A stretch of DNA of 64,000 bases from an uncultured delta proteobacterium (GCA_963789265.1 CAWBKB010000005.1:773635-837634); one strand, 5' to 3'. Shown: positions 23,637 through 33,515, counted from the first letter of the stretch. Notes: generated by a model from the letters alone, not told the origin. Numbers and translations are program-made.

Positions 23637-23686
23637 TCTGCATGAGGCGCAGGTGGTCGCTGGTTCAAATCCAGTCGTCCCGATCA
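23637..23686 (+). repeat. tRNA-Pro 3' fragment (att-like, third copy)
   Basis: TCTGCATGAGGCGCAGGTGGTCGCTGGTTCAAATCCAGTCGTCCCGATCA versus intact 15165-15214. Confidence 0.88.
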
Positions 23687-23699
23687 CTCAAAAAAACAT

Positions 23700-23738
23700 G
23701 AAACCGTGGAGTCGCTGAGCTGATTCGACGGTTTCTTT
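23700..23738 (+). terminator. Intrinsic terminator-like hairpin after the third att copy
   Basis: GAAACCGT...ACGGTTTC stem followed by TTT. Confidence 0.6.
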
Positions 23739-23852
23739 GTGTAGCCCCGGCAGTGTAGAACAGGCCTTCGGCGGTGCTGCATCCTCGAAATTGTGGCCCC
23801 GGCTCGACAAAATGAGGATGACGCCCCCAGATTTCTCTCGTGTTCAAACCCC

Positions 23853-24335
23853 TTATACTTGCGATTGTGTCGCCTCCCGGCGAGCCAGTAGGTTCATCGC
23901 TTTCATAGTCATGACTATTTCAGCATTCTGGTTGAGCACCTCAATGTAGGAGTGAACAATACCGCGATCAGGCTTTGAGCGGGAGCGTTTGGTCTCGGAG
24001 ACGGTCACCCGGAGAGAAAGCTTGTCTCCCGGGCGTACGGGTTTGAGCCAGCGCAGCTTGTCAACTCCGGGAGAACTCAGGCTTGCAACGTGCGAAAGGT
24101 AGTGGTCAACAAAGAGCCTCATCATCAGACTCGCCGTGTACCATCCACTTGCAATCAAACCGCCGAACACCGACTCTTTGGCGGCGAGCGGGTCTGTGTG
24201 AAAGGGCTGCGGGTCAAATCGTCGGGCGAAGTCGATCATTTCAGACTCTTTAACTTCAATAGCGCCGAACTCGTGAACAGCGCCAGGGACGTAATCTTCG
24301 AAATAGCGGTCGTCCATTCCCGTTGTGAACGTCAT
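23853..24335 (-). CDS. MaoC-family (hotdog-fold) dehydratase
   Basis: [36 protein letters not shown]. Confidence 0.92.
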   Translation of the reverse strand: MTFTTGMDDRYFEDYVPGAVHEFGAIEVKESEMIDFARRFDPQPFHTDPLAAKESVFGGLIASGWYTASLMMRLFVDHYLSHVASLSSPGVDKLRWLKPVRPGDKLSLRVTVSETKRSRSKPDRGIVHSYIEVLNQNAEIVMTMKAMNLLARREATQSQV

Positions 24336-24436
24336 AGTTATCGAAACTCCTTCATCCTCGGAAACATAAGCCTCTTTATTTGGTGATTCCGCCTAGTTTC
24401 GGGACCCTCTGAATTACTGTGGTGTGGCGGCCCTCA

Positions 24437-25120
24437 TCAGTACAACCAAGGTACCAACCGGGGGATGCGTGCCGCCCATATCCGGTACTCGTCTCCATAA
24501 CGCGATTCCAGATAGCGATCCAACGTTGGCACATGGCCAAAAATAAAGCCGAGTGTCATTATCACCGGTATTGCCAAGGCCGCGACACGGCCTGTCAGCA
24601 ATGCATAGCCGGTGAACAAGACCATGTCCGCGAAATAATTGATGTGACGAGCGTAGTGAAAGAGGCCCTCAGTGTAGAGGCGGCCGGCATTATCTTTCTT
24701 GCGCTTCCACCGGTGTCTTTGCACTTCAGAGGCCGTGTGGACGATTGAACCGAGCAAGTAAAGAGGGATGCCCAGAGCGGCCAATAGACCCAACGCCGCG
24801 ACGTTGATAGCCCCGAGAAGGGCGAAAGCCGTGTGGATGAAGAACAGCCATGCCCCGACAATCACGGCCTCGGACCAACCCAGGCGCCGACGAAAAATGG
24901 CAAAGAGACCGTAGGTCAGACGGAACCAATAGATCAAGCCGGCAGCGAAGAGCAGCGCTCGGCGGGCCAAATCGGCTTCTACTGTGCCCAAGCCGAACGG
25001 AGCAAGAACCGAAGCTGCGCCATGTCCGAACAGCAGCCACGCGACCAAGACGAGGACTCCGGTGTGTATGGCGCTGAGAGCGACTTTGGGTCCCAGTGAC
25101 GAATCGTGTTCTCCGTGCAT
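24437..25120 (-). CDS. DUF1295 / steroid 5-alpha-reductase-like membrane protein
   Basis: Multiple TMs; LYTEGLFHYARHINYF and YGDEY...RLVPWLY motifs. Confidence 0.8.
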   Translation of the reverse strand: MHGEHDSSLGPKVALSAIHTGVLVLVAWLLFGHGAASVLAPFGLGTVEADLARRALLFAAGLIYWFRLTYGLFAIFRRRLGWSEAVIVGAWLFFIHTAFALLGAINVAALGLLAALGIPLYLLGSIVHTASEVQRHRWKRKKDNAGRLYTEGLFHYARHINYFADMVLFTGYALLTGRVAALAIPVIMTLGFIFGHVPTLDRYLESRYGDEYRIWAARIPRLVPWLY

Positions 25121-25174
25121 TCAGTCCTCTTCTATCACAGATCTCCAGTTTAAGTGTAAATGGCTTCCGTATCC

Positions 25175-25215
25175 GGATTCAAGGCTCGCTGGTTCAAATC
25201 CGGTCGCCCCAACCA
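25175..25215 (+). repeat. tRNA-Pro 3' fragment (att-like, fourth and most degenerate copy)
   Basis: TCGCTGGTTCAAATCCGGTCGCCCCAACCA at 25186-25215. Confidence 0.82.
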
Positions 25216-25559
25216 TTAGAAGAATCATCAAACCGTCGAGGCGGCCATACCGATTCGAAGATTTTTTGTCCAGAAATCCTCCTCAACAAGCCCGAATCAA
25301 GATTCAGCACGTGCCGTAATTCCTAAACTCAAAAGTCCGACCCAGCAAGAAATTTCCTGTCACAAAAGGAGAGCGCTCTTCATGGTCAGGTGAATCGTCG
25401 TTATTGCCCTGGCTCTTGCTGTCTCGATCAACTTATGTTGACCGGCAGCACACTTTTGTTAAAGCACTTCGCAGGCATGGGCCCTTGCGATGCCGTGAGC
25501 GAGCCTTTGATTTTCTCCGTCCGTAAGTGTACAGGGCGGAAGCTCTTTCCAATAATTGC

Positions 25560-25588
25560 TTGACAATGAGTGATCGTTGGCCTAATCT
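25560..25588 (+). promoter_or_regulatory. Sigma70-type promoter upstream of the RRM gene
   Basis: TTGACA-17 nt-TAATCT; implies a ~210-nt leader. Confidence 0.55.
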
Positions 25589-25804
25589 GTCGCTGAACCT
25601 TATCTTGTGTTTCCCCAGTAGACCTCGCGTCAAGGACTTCGGGCGTTATGCAAGGATTAAGATCCTAGGACATAGGCACCCGTGCGTAGGACTTGACGGC
25701 GGAGTACCCGCCAGTTTTATCCTCGTCCACAGACAGCCCTTGTTCATAACCGTAGACGCACTCTCGCAAAATGTGTGACGTGCCTTTTCTTGAGGAGTTA
25801 GAGA

Positions 25805-26101
25805 ATGAGTATCAAAATTTATGTCGGAAACCTGTCCTTCGATTCCAGCGAGGAAGATCTCAAGGGCCTGTTTGCAACCTACGGGGAAGTCGAATCCGCG
25901 AAGATCATCGTTGACCAATTTACCAATCGGTCCAGAGGATTCGGATTCATCGAAATGACCAACCGGGAAGAAGGGCTCAAGGCGATCCAGGGACTGGATT
26001 CCAAGGAACTCGGCGGTCGTTCGCTGAAAGTCAACGAGGCCAGACCCAAATCGGACAACCGTGGTGGTGACCGAAGGGGGGGGCGAGATTCTCGCTGGTA
26101 A
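25805..26101 (+). CDS. RRM RNA-binding protein
   Basis: RNP2 IYVGNL, RNP1 RGFGFIEM, LKVNEARP, Gly/Arg tail. Confidence 0.96.
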   Translation: MSIKIYVGNLSFDSSEEDLKGLFATYGEVESAKIIVDQFTNRSRGFGFIEMTNREEGLKAIQGLDSKELGGRSLKVNEARPKSDNRGGDRRGGRDSRW

Positions 26102-26128
26102 CCAACGGTTCTAGCTGACTAATAGCAG

Positions 26129-26165
26129 AAGGTGAGGCTCTCAGGGGAGAGTCTCGCCTTTCTTT
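26129..26165 (+). terminator. Intrinsic terminator after the RRM gene
   Basis: AAGGTGAGGCTCTC-AGGG-GAGAGTCTCGCCTT followed by TCTTT. Confidence 0.7.
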
Positions 26166-26289
26166 GAGACGGCGGCCCCCAAGCCGGAGAGCAGTGCCCG
26201 ATGATTTGCGCTGTCTGTTGGCCTAGGCAGAACTTGGCCTAAGCCAGAATCATAAGGCTTCCGGTTCCCAACAATAGAGGTTTCAGCTT

Positions 26290-26499
26290 ATGCCGGGAGT
26301 TTTTGTTAGAGAAGACGAGCCCTTTGAAAGTGCGCTAAGAAGGTTTAAGAAGCAGCTACAGAAGTCAGGTGTTCTCGGAGAGGCCAAGAAGCGGCGGGCA
26401 TACGATAAGCCCAGCGTCAAAAAGAAAAAGAAATCCCTCCTGGCCCGCAAGAGGCTTCTGAGAAAGCTAAGAAAAATGCAGCGCATGAGGCCAAGGTAA
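26290..26499 (+). CDS. rpsU: 30S ribosomal protein S21
   Basis: [23 protein letters not shown]. Confidence 0.95.
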   Translation: MPGVFVREDEPFESALRRFKKQLQKSGVLGEAKKRRAYDKPSVKKKKKSLLARKRLLRKLRKMQRMRPR

Positions 26500-26566
26500 T
26501 TCTATCGGACCAGGTCATCGCTTGTGACGGAGTGGACAGTCAGAGGTCTACCCTAAGAAAAGAAGC

Positions 26567-26905
26567 ATGTTAGCGACTGAAGATAAGATTGATGGGGAAG
26601 GATTGACCAAACGGCTTGTTAGGGACGTTCACGCCGAATTAAGGGCGGTACTGAAAGGAGCGAGCCTGTGGGACAATCTCGATTATTTCGAAATTTCCAT
26701 GGGAATGCAGAAAAGAGAAAAGGCTCCGTTTCCCAGTTTCGAGTGGCTTGCGTGCGCTCCTGTTACCAGCGGCGGGTGTCATTATATTTATATCGGGACG
26801 GTCTTCAAGGGCAGGTATAATCTAATTTTCGTCGGCAAAACTTCTAAAGGATTTCAGGTCGCGTGCGAAGTGGCCAACAGGTGTGCCGAAGAATTGGGGG
26901 CCTAG
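26567..26905 (+). CDS. Hypothetical protein
   Basis: 112-aa ORF with ATG start filling the gap after rpsU; no recognised motif. Confidence 0.6.
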   Translation: MLATEDKIDGEGLTKRLVRDVHAELRAVLKGASLWDNLDYFEISMGMQKREKAPFPSFEWLACAPVTSGGCHYIYIGTVFKGRYNLIFVGKTSKGFQVACEVANRCAEELGA

Positions 26906-27126
26906 TTCACGATTATCATCCGGTGCGGTGTCAATGGAACTTTCACGAATTACTTTGATGCCTCTGGAGCCGGCAATCACCTCGGCGGTGTAGAAACCGT
27001 TAAGCCTAGTGCCAGAATTCCCGAATTGCGGTCCAGCCGCTTCAGAGCCGGATTTCCCCCTAGCTCCGGACAACGTTCAAGGGAAGGCATTAAATAATCC
27101 TCGGTTGAAACCTTGCGAAGAAGAAG

Positions 27127-28605
27127 ATGAAAATAGCCTTTGTAATTCCGCGAAATAGTTCCGGCTCTGAAAGGAGTTTTTACGATTATAAGTTCGGCGC
27201 TACATTTCTCCTTTCCAAAAAGTATATTTCATATCTCCTGGCTATACCTACCCTGGCGTCACTAACCCCTCCACAACACGAGATTCGGGTCTTCGACGAA
27301 AACATTGCAGATATTGATTATACTTGGAAGGCAGACCTTGTGGGGATCACGGTAAGGACGATGTTTGCCAAGAGAGCCTACGAGATTTCTGAGACCTACG
27401 GAAAGAGAGGAGCTAAAACGGTCTTGGGAGGCATACATCCCTCAATGTGTCCCGAAGATGCTCTTCCGCATTGTGATAGTGTTGTAATCGGTGAAGCTGA
27501 AGATATTTGGCACACGGTCTTGCAGGATGCCGAAAATGGTTGCCTGAAGAAGCTTTACAAAGCCGATAAGTTTGCCGATCTGACGGCCACCCCTGTCCCG
27601 CAGCGGTCGTCACTTTCAAAGGGACGCTACCTCCTTGATATTGTTCAGACTACCAAAGGTTGCCCGTTCCATTGCGAATTCTGTGCTGTGCACGCCTTTG
27701 ATGGACAGACGATTAGAAGCAAGACCGTAGACCAGGTTCTCCGAGAGGTTCAGGGCATCAACAATTCTCATGCCGCTTACAAAACTAAAAAGTCAATATT
27801 CTTTGCAGACGATAACATCATCGCCAACAAGGCATTCGCCCGAGAACTGTTCTTGGCTCTCAAACCATACAACATCAATTGGATGTGCCAGGCGTCTATC
27901 AACATTTCAAAGGAGGACGAGCTACTCGAATTAATGAGAGCGAGTGGGTGTGGAGCTGTCTTCATCGGCTTTGAGTCCACATCCCAAGAGAACCTTGCGA
28001 TGATGCAAAAGGGGGTCAATCAGCGATATAACTACCTGGAAGCAATCGCAAAAATCCAATCATACGGGATATTGGTTCACAGCTCGTTCATCCTGGGCTA
28101 TGATTTTGATTCACAAGCTGCATTCGACGATCTGATAGATTTTATTTCTGAAGCAAACCTGTTGATACCGTTGATCAATATTCTCACTCCCTTGCCCGGA
28201 ACCAAGTTGTTCAAACGTCTTGAGGCCGAGGGAAGAATTCTACACAAAGACTGGAGCAAATATGACACGCAACATGTCGTCTTTTCCCCGGCCAGGATGT
28301 CTGCGGATGAACTGTTGCACGGGTATAGGAAAGTCATGAGATCCGTCTATTCTTTCGACTCAATATTGACGAAATTGAATTACTACTGGGCAAGAGACTT
28401 TTGGAAACGTACCAATGAACTTGATCCGGTGAAATTTGTGTATCGCTTTCTTTTTGCCGCTAGAATGGGGACCTTACTGATGTCCAGTAACATAGACCGT
28501 TCCAAGTTTATAATGAGAATGCTGCCTCACGTCTTTGATAAAGAGGTCAGGATATCAACCGTCCTAGCTCTAATGAACTACAATAATTTCGCCTACGCCC
28601 TATGA
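27127..28605 (+). CDS. B12-binding radical SAM protein
   Basis: VLGGIHPS and VVIGEAE in the N-terminal domain; GCPFHCEFC; FADDN; FIGFES. Confidence 0.92.
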   Translation: MKIAFVIPRNSSGSERSFYDYKFGATFLLSKKYISYLLAIPTLASLTPPQHEIRVFDENIADIDYTWKADLVGITVRTMFAKRAYEISETYGKRGAKTVLGGIHPSMCPEDALPHCDSVVIGEAEDIWHTVLQDAENGCLKKLYKADKFADLTATPVPQRSSLSKGRYLLDIVQTTKGCPFHCEFCAVHAFDGQTIRSKTVDQVLREVQGINNSHAAYKTKKSIFFADDNIIANKAFARELFLALKPYNINWMCQASINISKEDELLELMRASGCGAVFIGFESTSQENLAMMQKGVNQRYNYLEAIAKIQSYGILVHSSFILGYDFDSQAAFDDLIDFISEANLLIPLINILTPLPGTKLFKRLEAEGRILHKDWSKYDTQHVVFSPARMSADELLHGYRKVMRSVYSFDSILTKLNYYWARDFWKRTNELDPVKFVYRFLFAARMGTLLMSSNIDRSKFIMRMLPHVFDKEVRISTVLALMNYNNFAYAL

Positions 28606-28786
28606 GTCAGAAGGGGGCACCCATTAAGTTCTGAGGAGAGGAATAGTTCGGGCTCTTCACTATGCTGCCGGCTTGTCCGCGACTAATGACAAACCTGGCC
28701 GCTTCGGCTCTCCTGGGATGCCGGCAAATCTTACCTGCTTCGTAGTAAAGAATGGCGTGCCGAGAAAGACAACTACCGCGAGACGG

Positions 28787-29062
28787 CTACTTTTTAACGC
28801 CTTCTTTCAAAGCCTTGGCTGCTTGGAATTTCGGAGCTTTAGTAGCTTTGATTTTGATCTTTTTCCCGGTGCGAGGATTAATTCCGGTTCGGGCCGCCCT
28901 TTTGACGACAGAGAACTTTCCGAATCCGGGTATATATACATGCTCTCCATTGGACAACTGCTCCGCGATTGTGCCGAAGACCATATCGATAGCTTCAGCC
29001 GCGTGTTTTTTTGTTGTCTCCCCCTTCGTGGCCAACTTCTCGACAAACTCGGCCTTAGTCAT
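28787..29062 (-). CDS. hup: HU family DNA-binding protein
   Basis: MTKAEFVEKLA, GFGKFSV, ARTGINPRTG, PKFQAAKALK. Confidence 0.95.
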   Translation of the reverse strand: MTKAEFVEKLATKGETTKKHAAEAIDMVFGTIAEQLSNGEHVYIPGFGKFSVVKRAARTGINPRTGKKIKIKATKAPKFQAAKALKEGVKK

Positions 29063-29269
29063 GTTCCCTCCCTTTTCTTTTTGCGCTGCGCGGGCCTCAA
29101 ATATATTGTAAATCTATAGACCCGCAAATTCAGGGGAGTCAAGCAAATTCGCGCATGCTGATTGATCGTCGGACACGATAGGGGTTGACTGGGCAATCGG
29201 GAAGATGTTAAAGCTCACACAATAATAAATCTCCCTCAAATCTCGTAAAACAAAAAGAAAGGAGAGACA

Positions 29270-29464
29270 ATGGCAAAAACAGTTGTCATCGACCAAGAGG
29301 CTTGCTCTGGATGCGGCACATGCGCGGCCATTGCGGAAGATTGCTTCGCACTGAATGAAGAAACTGAGAAGGCTTATGTGAAAGACCAAAGCGCGTGTTC
29401 CGAAGACGAGATCCAGGAAGCCATTGACACTTGTCCGGAAGAAGCTATTAGCTGGCAGGAGTAA
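29270..29464 (+). CDS. Single-cluster ferredoxin
   Basis: CSGCGTC...CP, acidic, 64 aa, AGGAG RBS. Confidence 0.92.
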   Translation: MAKTVVIDQEACSGCGTCAAIAEDCFALNEETEKAYVKDQSACSEDEIQEAIDTCPEEAISWQE

Positions 29465-29595
29465 GAATTTTCTTCCTTCTGCCCCCTGTCGCTGGTTCGC
29501 GTCCAAGGGGATTGTGTTCCGCTTTCTTGCCATTGCAAGCAGCCATAGAAGAGTCTCCCAGGGGATGATTCAGCGACATCCAGGAGTAAGGGACA

Positions 29596-30186
29596 ATGTA
29601 TTCCGGGGACGAATTGATACCCCGTCTTGTTGAGTTGTATCGACTTATGGACTCCACCTACATGGAGGTCGGCAACCGGATCGGATTCTCTTGCGACGGT
29701 TGCAATGGAGTAGAGTGCTGCACCGTGGATCTGACTCTTCACACGTCAGTGGAAATGCTCTACCTGAGACGGGGTTTCAATTCCCTGGACACGTCCAGAC
29801 AACTGGAGATTTTGGGCCGCTGTCGGGAAATTGTCAAAGCCAAGGAAGATGACTGCCTGGGAGAGGCATACAGGACCGCAGTCTGCGCGCTTAATTTTGA
29901 GGGGCTCTGCGTCCTTTACGATTATCGCCCGATGATTTGTAGATTGGCCGGAATTCCACATAGCATCACTCGGCCGGACAACGGTGCCACAGAGAGCGGC
30001 GGTTGCATTCGTTTCCACAACGATTTTCAAAATAATCATCCCAATTTGAAAATTGACAGGACCGACTTCTATCGTCAAATGGCCGAAATCGAAATAGAGG
30101 TAGTCAGGGCCGTCGGAAAACGCACGGTCTCCCGTACCGTGGCAGAAACGCTGGGCCTGGAGTATCCTGAAGATATTGTCCCCTGA
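29596..30186 (+). CDS. YkgJ-like cysteine-cluster protein
   Basis: CDGC...CC and CALNFEGLCVLYDYRPMICR. Confidence 0.8.
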   Translation: MYSGDELIPRLVELYRLMDSTYMEVGNRIGFSCDGCNGVECCTVDLTLHTSVEMLYLRRGFNSLDTSRQLEILGRCREIVKAKEDDCLGEAYRTAVCALNFEGLCVLYDYRPMICRLAGIPHSITRPDNGATESGGCIRFHNDFQNNHPNLKIDRTDFYRQMAEIEIEVVRAVGKRTVSRTVAETLGLEYPEDIVP

Positions 30187-30403
30187 CCGACCTTCATATT
30201 CTTTGGGTTCCAGAATTGTGAATCGTTAGACATCGCGCGGACAGACGGCGACTAACTGAATCCTTTGCGGCAGAGAGGTTGTTGCCGATTCAAATTGTGC
30301 GCCTGATCACAGCCCTTTGGTATTCAGCGACGGAACATCCCTATCAATGGAGCGATAACTTCCCCAATAGTGCGAGATCATCTGAGGACAAGCCCCTTTT
30401 TCA

Positions 30404-32197
30404 ATGAGTACCTCCCTCTCCCCGGCTTCAATTTTCCACAGTCAAAACGAACACGACCCCTCGGTTGCCAAAGACCGTCTTAGGTCCTTATGTATTCCTG
30501 CTGCAATTCTCATAGCATTTTGGGCCGTTATCGTCTTGATAGTGAACCCTGTCGGCGAATTTATGGTAAACGACGATTGGGCATTTGTCAGAGCTCTTGA
30601 AACTCTAGTCTTCAAGGGCACTATGCCAACCACAGGTTGGGGCCCGAGCGGGGCGCCGGGAGGGCCTTCTTTGATAGTCCATCTCCTGTGGGGGCGTCTG
30701 TTCACGTTTTGGGGTGGATTCTCGATCACAACTCTCAGAATATCCGTTCTTACCCTGGCCATTTTAGGATCGTTTGCCTTGCTCGTGTTGTTGCGGAAGG
30801 CAGGTGCTTCCCCCTGGGTCGCTCTCTGGGGCTCCTTGACCCTCGTTCTCAACCCCCTCTTCCTGTCACAATCTTTTACTTATATGTCCGATATCACTTT
30901 CGCGGCTATGGCGATCTTCGCTTTGCTATTGCTCCACGCCGGTATTGAACGAGGGAAGACATCAATAATTGTGCTGGGTCTGCTGTTTGCGCTGTGCTCC
31001 ATTCTTACGCGCCAATTTGGGGTAGTAATTCCCGCAGCCTTTGTCGCAACGTGCTTCCTACATCCGCGAGGGAGGGATCTCGGCCGCTGGAAAATGGTCT
31101 TTCTGGCAACGATTGTTGATCTGATACCGTGGGTCGGGTACGAATATTTTCTATATTTGATAGGCAGCACGCCCATTACCCATCACCAGATTTTTAGCAA
31201 CATTTTGCTTTATCCTCAAACAAAAGGCCTGTTCGCATACCTACAATTCCTTTGTGTGAACTTTTTTCTCGCTGGACTGCTCTACGTAAGTTTTCTCATT
31301 TCACCGGTACTGGTGCTCAGGTACCGCACATTCTCGGAGTGGAAGACATTTAGATTCTTTTTCGTTCTTCTGACTTTGATTCTTTTGTTATTCGAGTCCG
31401 CCCTTTTCATGGGCCTAATCAATCCCCAGATCTATCTTTTCCGTAACGTAATCTTCAACTTGGGCATCGGACCTATTTTACTAAAAGATACTTATATCCT
31501 GGGGATAACTCGGACGGCTACTATTTCAAAGCCTTTGTACTATTTATTGCTCTATTGGGCTATTCTAGCAATGTTCGTCCTTTGCGGTCTCATGCTTTCT
31601 TCCCTGCGTCGGCTTCTACGGCCTGATAGCGGATCCAAGGGCCGACAGATAAAGTTCTTCTCAATTCTTGCCTTGTCGGCCGGCCTCATATATCTCGCCA
31701 TCATCACTCCAGGGGGATTCCACGATCGGTATTTGATACCGGTGTGTGCTTTCTTTATCGTTTGGACCATTGCGGACTGTGAGCCCGGATTGGACCAACC
31801 GCTCGGGCCCGCCGCTCTCCTTGGAGGTCTCCCGCCGTTGCTCATCTTAGCCCTGCTAGCCGTATTTGGGACTCATGACTTCATGGACATGAAACGTTCC
31901 GTCAAGCAAGCGCAGGACTATCTGGTTGGACAGTTGGATGTAAAGCCGTGCGAAATTGATGGAGGACTCGAATTTAACGGGTATCATTGTTACAGTCCTG
32001 ACTTCCACCCCAAGAAAGGATTGAGTTGGTGGTGGGTTCGGAAAGAGGATTACGTGATAACCTTAGGGCCGCTTCCGGACTATCGCGTGGTGCGCACCTT
32101 CCCGTTTAAAAGGTACATCGGGCCCGATGGGGCTGTATTCGTGCTCAAGCCGCAAAAGCACTCATGGAGTAGCAACCTGGAACAGGGCCTGCAGTGA
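30404..32197 (+). CDS. Polytopic membrane glycosyltransferase (ArnT/PMT-like, GT-C)
   Basis: VNDDWAF acidic loop after TM1, YMSDI, LTRQFG, DRYL; many TMs. Confidence 0.7.
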   Translation: MSTSLSPASIFHSQNEHDPSVAKDRLRSLCIPAAILIAFWAVIVLIVNPVGEFMVNDDWAFVRALETLVFKGTMPTTGWGPSGAPGGPSLIVHLLWGRLFTFWGGFSITTLRISVLTLAILGSFALLVLLRKAGASPWVALWGSLTLVLNPLFLSQSFTYMSDITFAAMAIFALLLLHAGIERGKTSIIVLGLLFALCSILTRQFGVVIPAAFVATCFLHPRGRDLGRWKMVFLATIVDLIPWVGYEYFLYLIGSTPITHHQIFSNILLYPQTKGLFAYLQFLCVNFFLAGLLYVSFLISPVLVLRYRTFSEWKTFRFFFVLLTLILLLFESALFMGLINPQIYLFRNVIFNLGIGPILLKDTYILGITRTATISKPLYYLLLYWAILAMFVLCGLMLSSLRRLLRPDSGSKGRQIKFFSILALSAGLIYLAIITPGGFHDRYLIPVCAFFIVWTIADCEPGLDQPLGPAALLGGLPPLLILALLAVFGTHDFMDMKRSVKQAQDYLVGQLDVKPCEIDGGLEFNGYHCYSPDFHPKKGLSWWWVRKEDYVITLGPLPDYRVVRTFPFKRYIGPDGAVFVLKPQKHSWSSNLEQGLQ

Positions 32198-32261
32198 CGG
32201 CTTGGAATCGGAAATTCGAATGGCATAAAGCAAATCCTTTCAGAAAGTTTCAAGTTCTTCT

Positions 32262-33189
32262 ATGACCGAATACAAACCGCGCCTGATTGTCATTGGGGGC
32301 CCGACCGCGTCGGAGAAAACCGCGATAGGTATTGAACTGGCCGAATTGTATGGGGGTGAGATCGTCTCGGCGGATTCAGTTCAGATTTATCGATACTTGG
32401 ACATCGGTTTCTGCTAAGCCCACTGTGGAAGAGAGGTCGCGTGTGATTCATCACATGATCGACGTCCGCGATCCTAATGAAGATTTCTCGGGGGGGGATT
32501 ATGTTAGAGAGGCGCGGCAGCGCATAAGCGAGATCCTTCAGAGGAGACATCTTCCTCTTGTAGTGGGGGGCACAGGGTTGTATATTAGATTGTTGTTGGG
32601 AGGGATTGCGCTAGTGCCTGCTGCACATCCTGAATTGAGAAAGAAACTTGCAGATGAAGAGCAAGAAGGCGGAAAAGGCACGCTCTTCAAAAGACTGAAA
32701 GAATTGGATCCCGTGAGTGCTGACCGCATCCGACCCGAGAACATGGCAAGAGTGATTCGAGCCCTGGAAGTCGCGGAACTCACGGGGAAAAGTCTGTCTG
32801 AAGTTCAGGAAGAACACGGCTTCCGCCATCGTTCCTATAGGGTCCTTTTCATCTGCCTCGATCCGGGTAGAGCGCTTTTGTACGAACGGATTGATAAGCG
32901 AGTTGACAGTATGATAAAGGGTGGATTAATAGAAGAGGTGTGTCAACTTTATGCTCGCGGATATCATCGAGAACTTAAGTCGATGCAATCCTTGGGATAC
33001 CGGCACGCAGGCATGGTTTTGGCCGGAGAAACCAGCCTTCGTGAGGCTACTCGACTGATGAAGAGGGACACGCGACACTATGCTAAAAGACAGGTGACAT
33101 GGTTTCGTTCCGAACCCGGAGTTTTATGGTGCGATCCTGACGACATCAAAAGGATCGGATTAAAAGTCTCTAATTTTCTCGGATATTAA
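32262..33189 (+). CDS. miaA: tRNA dimethylallyltransferase (frameshift near 32408)
   Basis: ATG 32262 gives [10 protein letters not shown]...[15 protein letters not shown]; removing one T continues [22 protein letters not shown]; lies upstream of hfq. Confidence 0.93.
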
Positions 33190-33281
33190 TTACGGTCCGG
33201 GATTTTTCCCCTTGAATCATTCGGGTTACGCCTGAGCCGGCGTGACCGGATTGATGGGGATTAGCACACGGGGGTGCGGAA

Positions 33282-33515
33282 ATGCCCAAAACGCATTTTA
33301 ATATTCAAGATCAGTTTCTTAATCAGGTGCGCAAGGCTAGAATCGAAGTCGAGGTGCTCCTAGTATCTGGTGACTCCTTCAAAGGTTTTGTCCGCAGTTT
33401 TGACAGCTTCTGCATCATAATCGAGAATGCGGACGAAATCAGACTCGTTTACAAACATGCGCTCAGCATGATCAGACCCGCGGAACTGGGTGTAAAGATA
33501 CCCGGACTCGTTTGA
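33282..33515 (+). CDS. hfq: RNA chaperone Hfq
   Basis: NIQDQFLN, SFDSF, VYKHA; downstream of miaA. Confidence 0.92.
   Translation: MPKTHFNIQDQFLNQVRKARIEVEVLLVSGDSFKGFVRSFDSFCIIIENADEIRLVYKHALSMIRPAELGVKIPGLV

Larger units (their letters stand above)
15215..25215. mobile_element. Tandem array of three integrase-free genomic islets at tRNA-Pro
   Basis: Segments end at tRNA-Pro 3' fragments at 17503-17549, 23637-23686 and ~25175-25215; accessory cargo; no integrase ORF seen. Confidence 0.75.

Noticed and set aside
17503..25215. tRNA 3' copies as extra tRNAs, split tRNAs or a CRISPR-like array
   Set aside because: They lack the 5' acceptor strand and D-arm, are kilobases apart, and no cas genes are present; att remnants explain them better.
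15215..25215. Prophage, ICE or integron
   Set aside because: No integrase, phage structural or conjugation genes, and no attC-like sites recognised.
25590..25740. 6S RNA
   Set aside because: The rod is short, lacks a clear central bubble with a closing terminal stem, and the usual neighbours are absent.
32295..32325. MiaA P-loop variant GPTASEKT as a functional novelty
   Set aside because: A local base-calling error (GGAGAAAA vs GGGAAAA-like) is more likely given the error rate.
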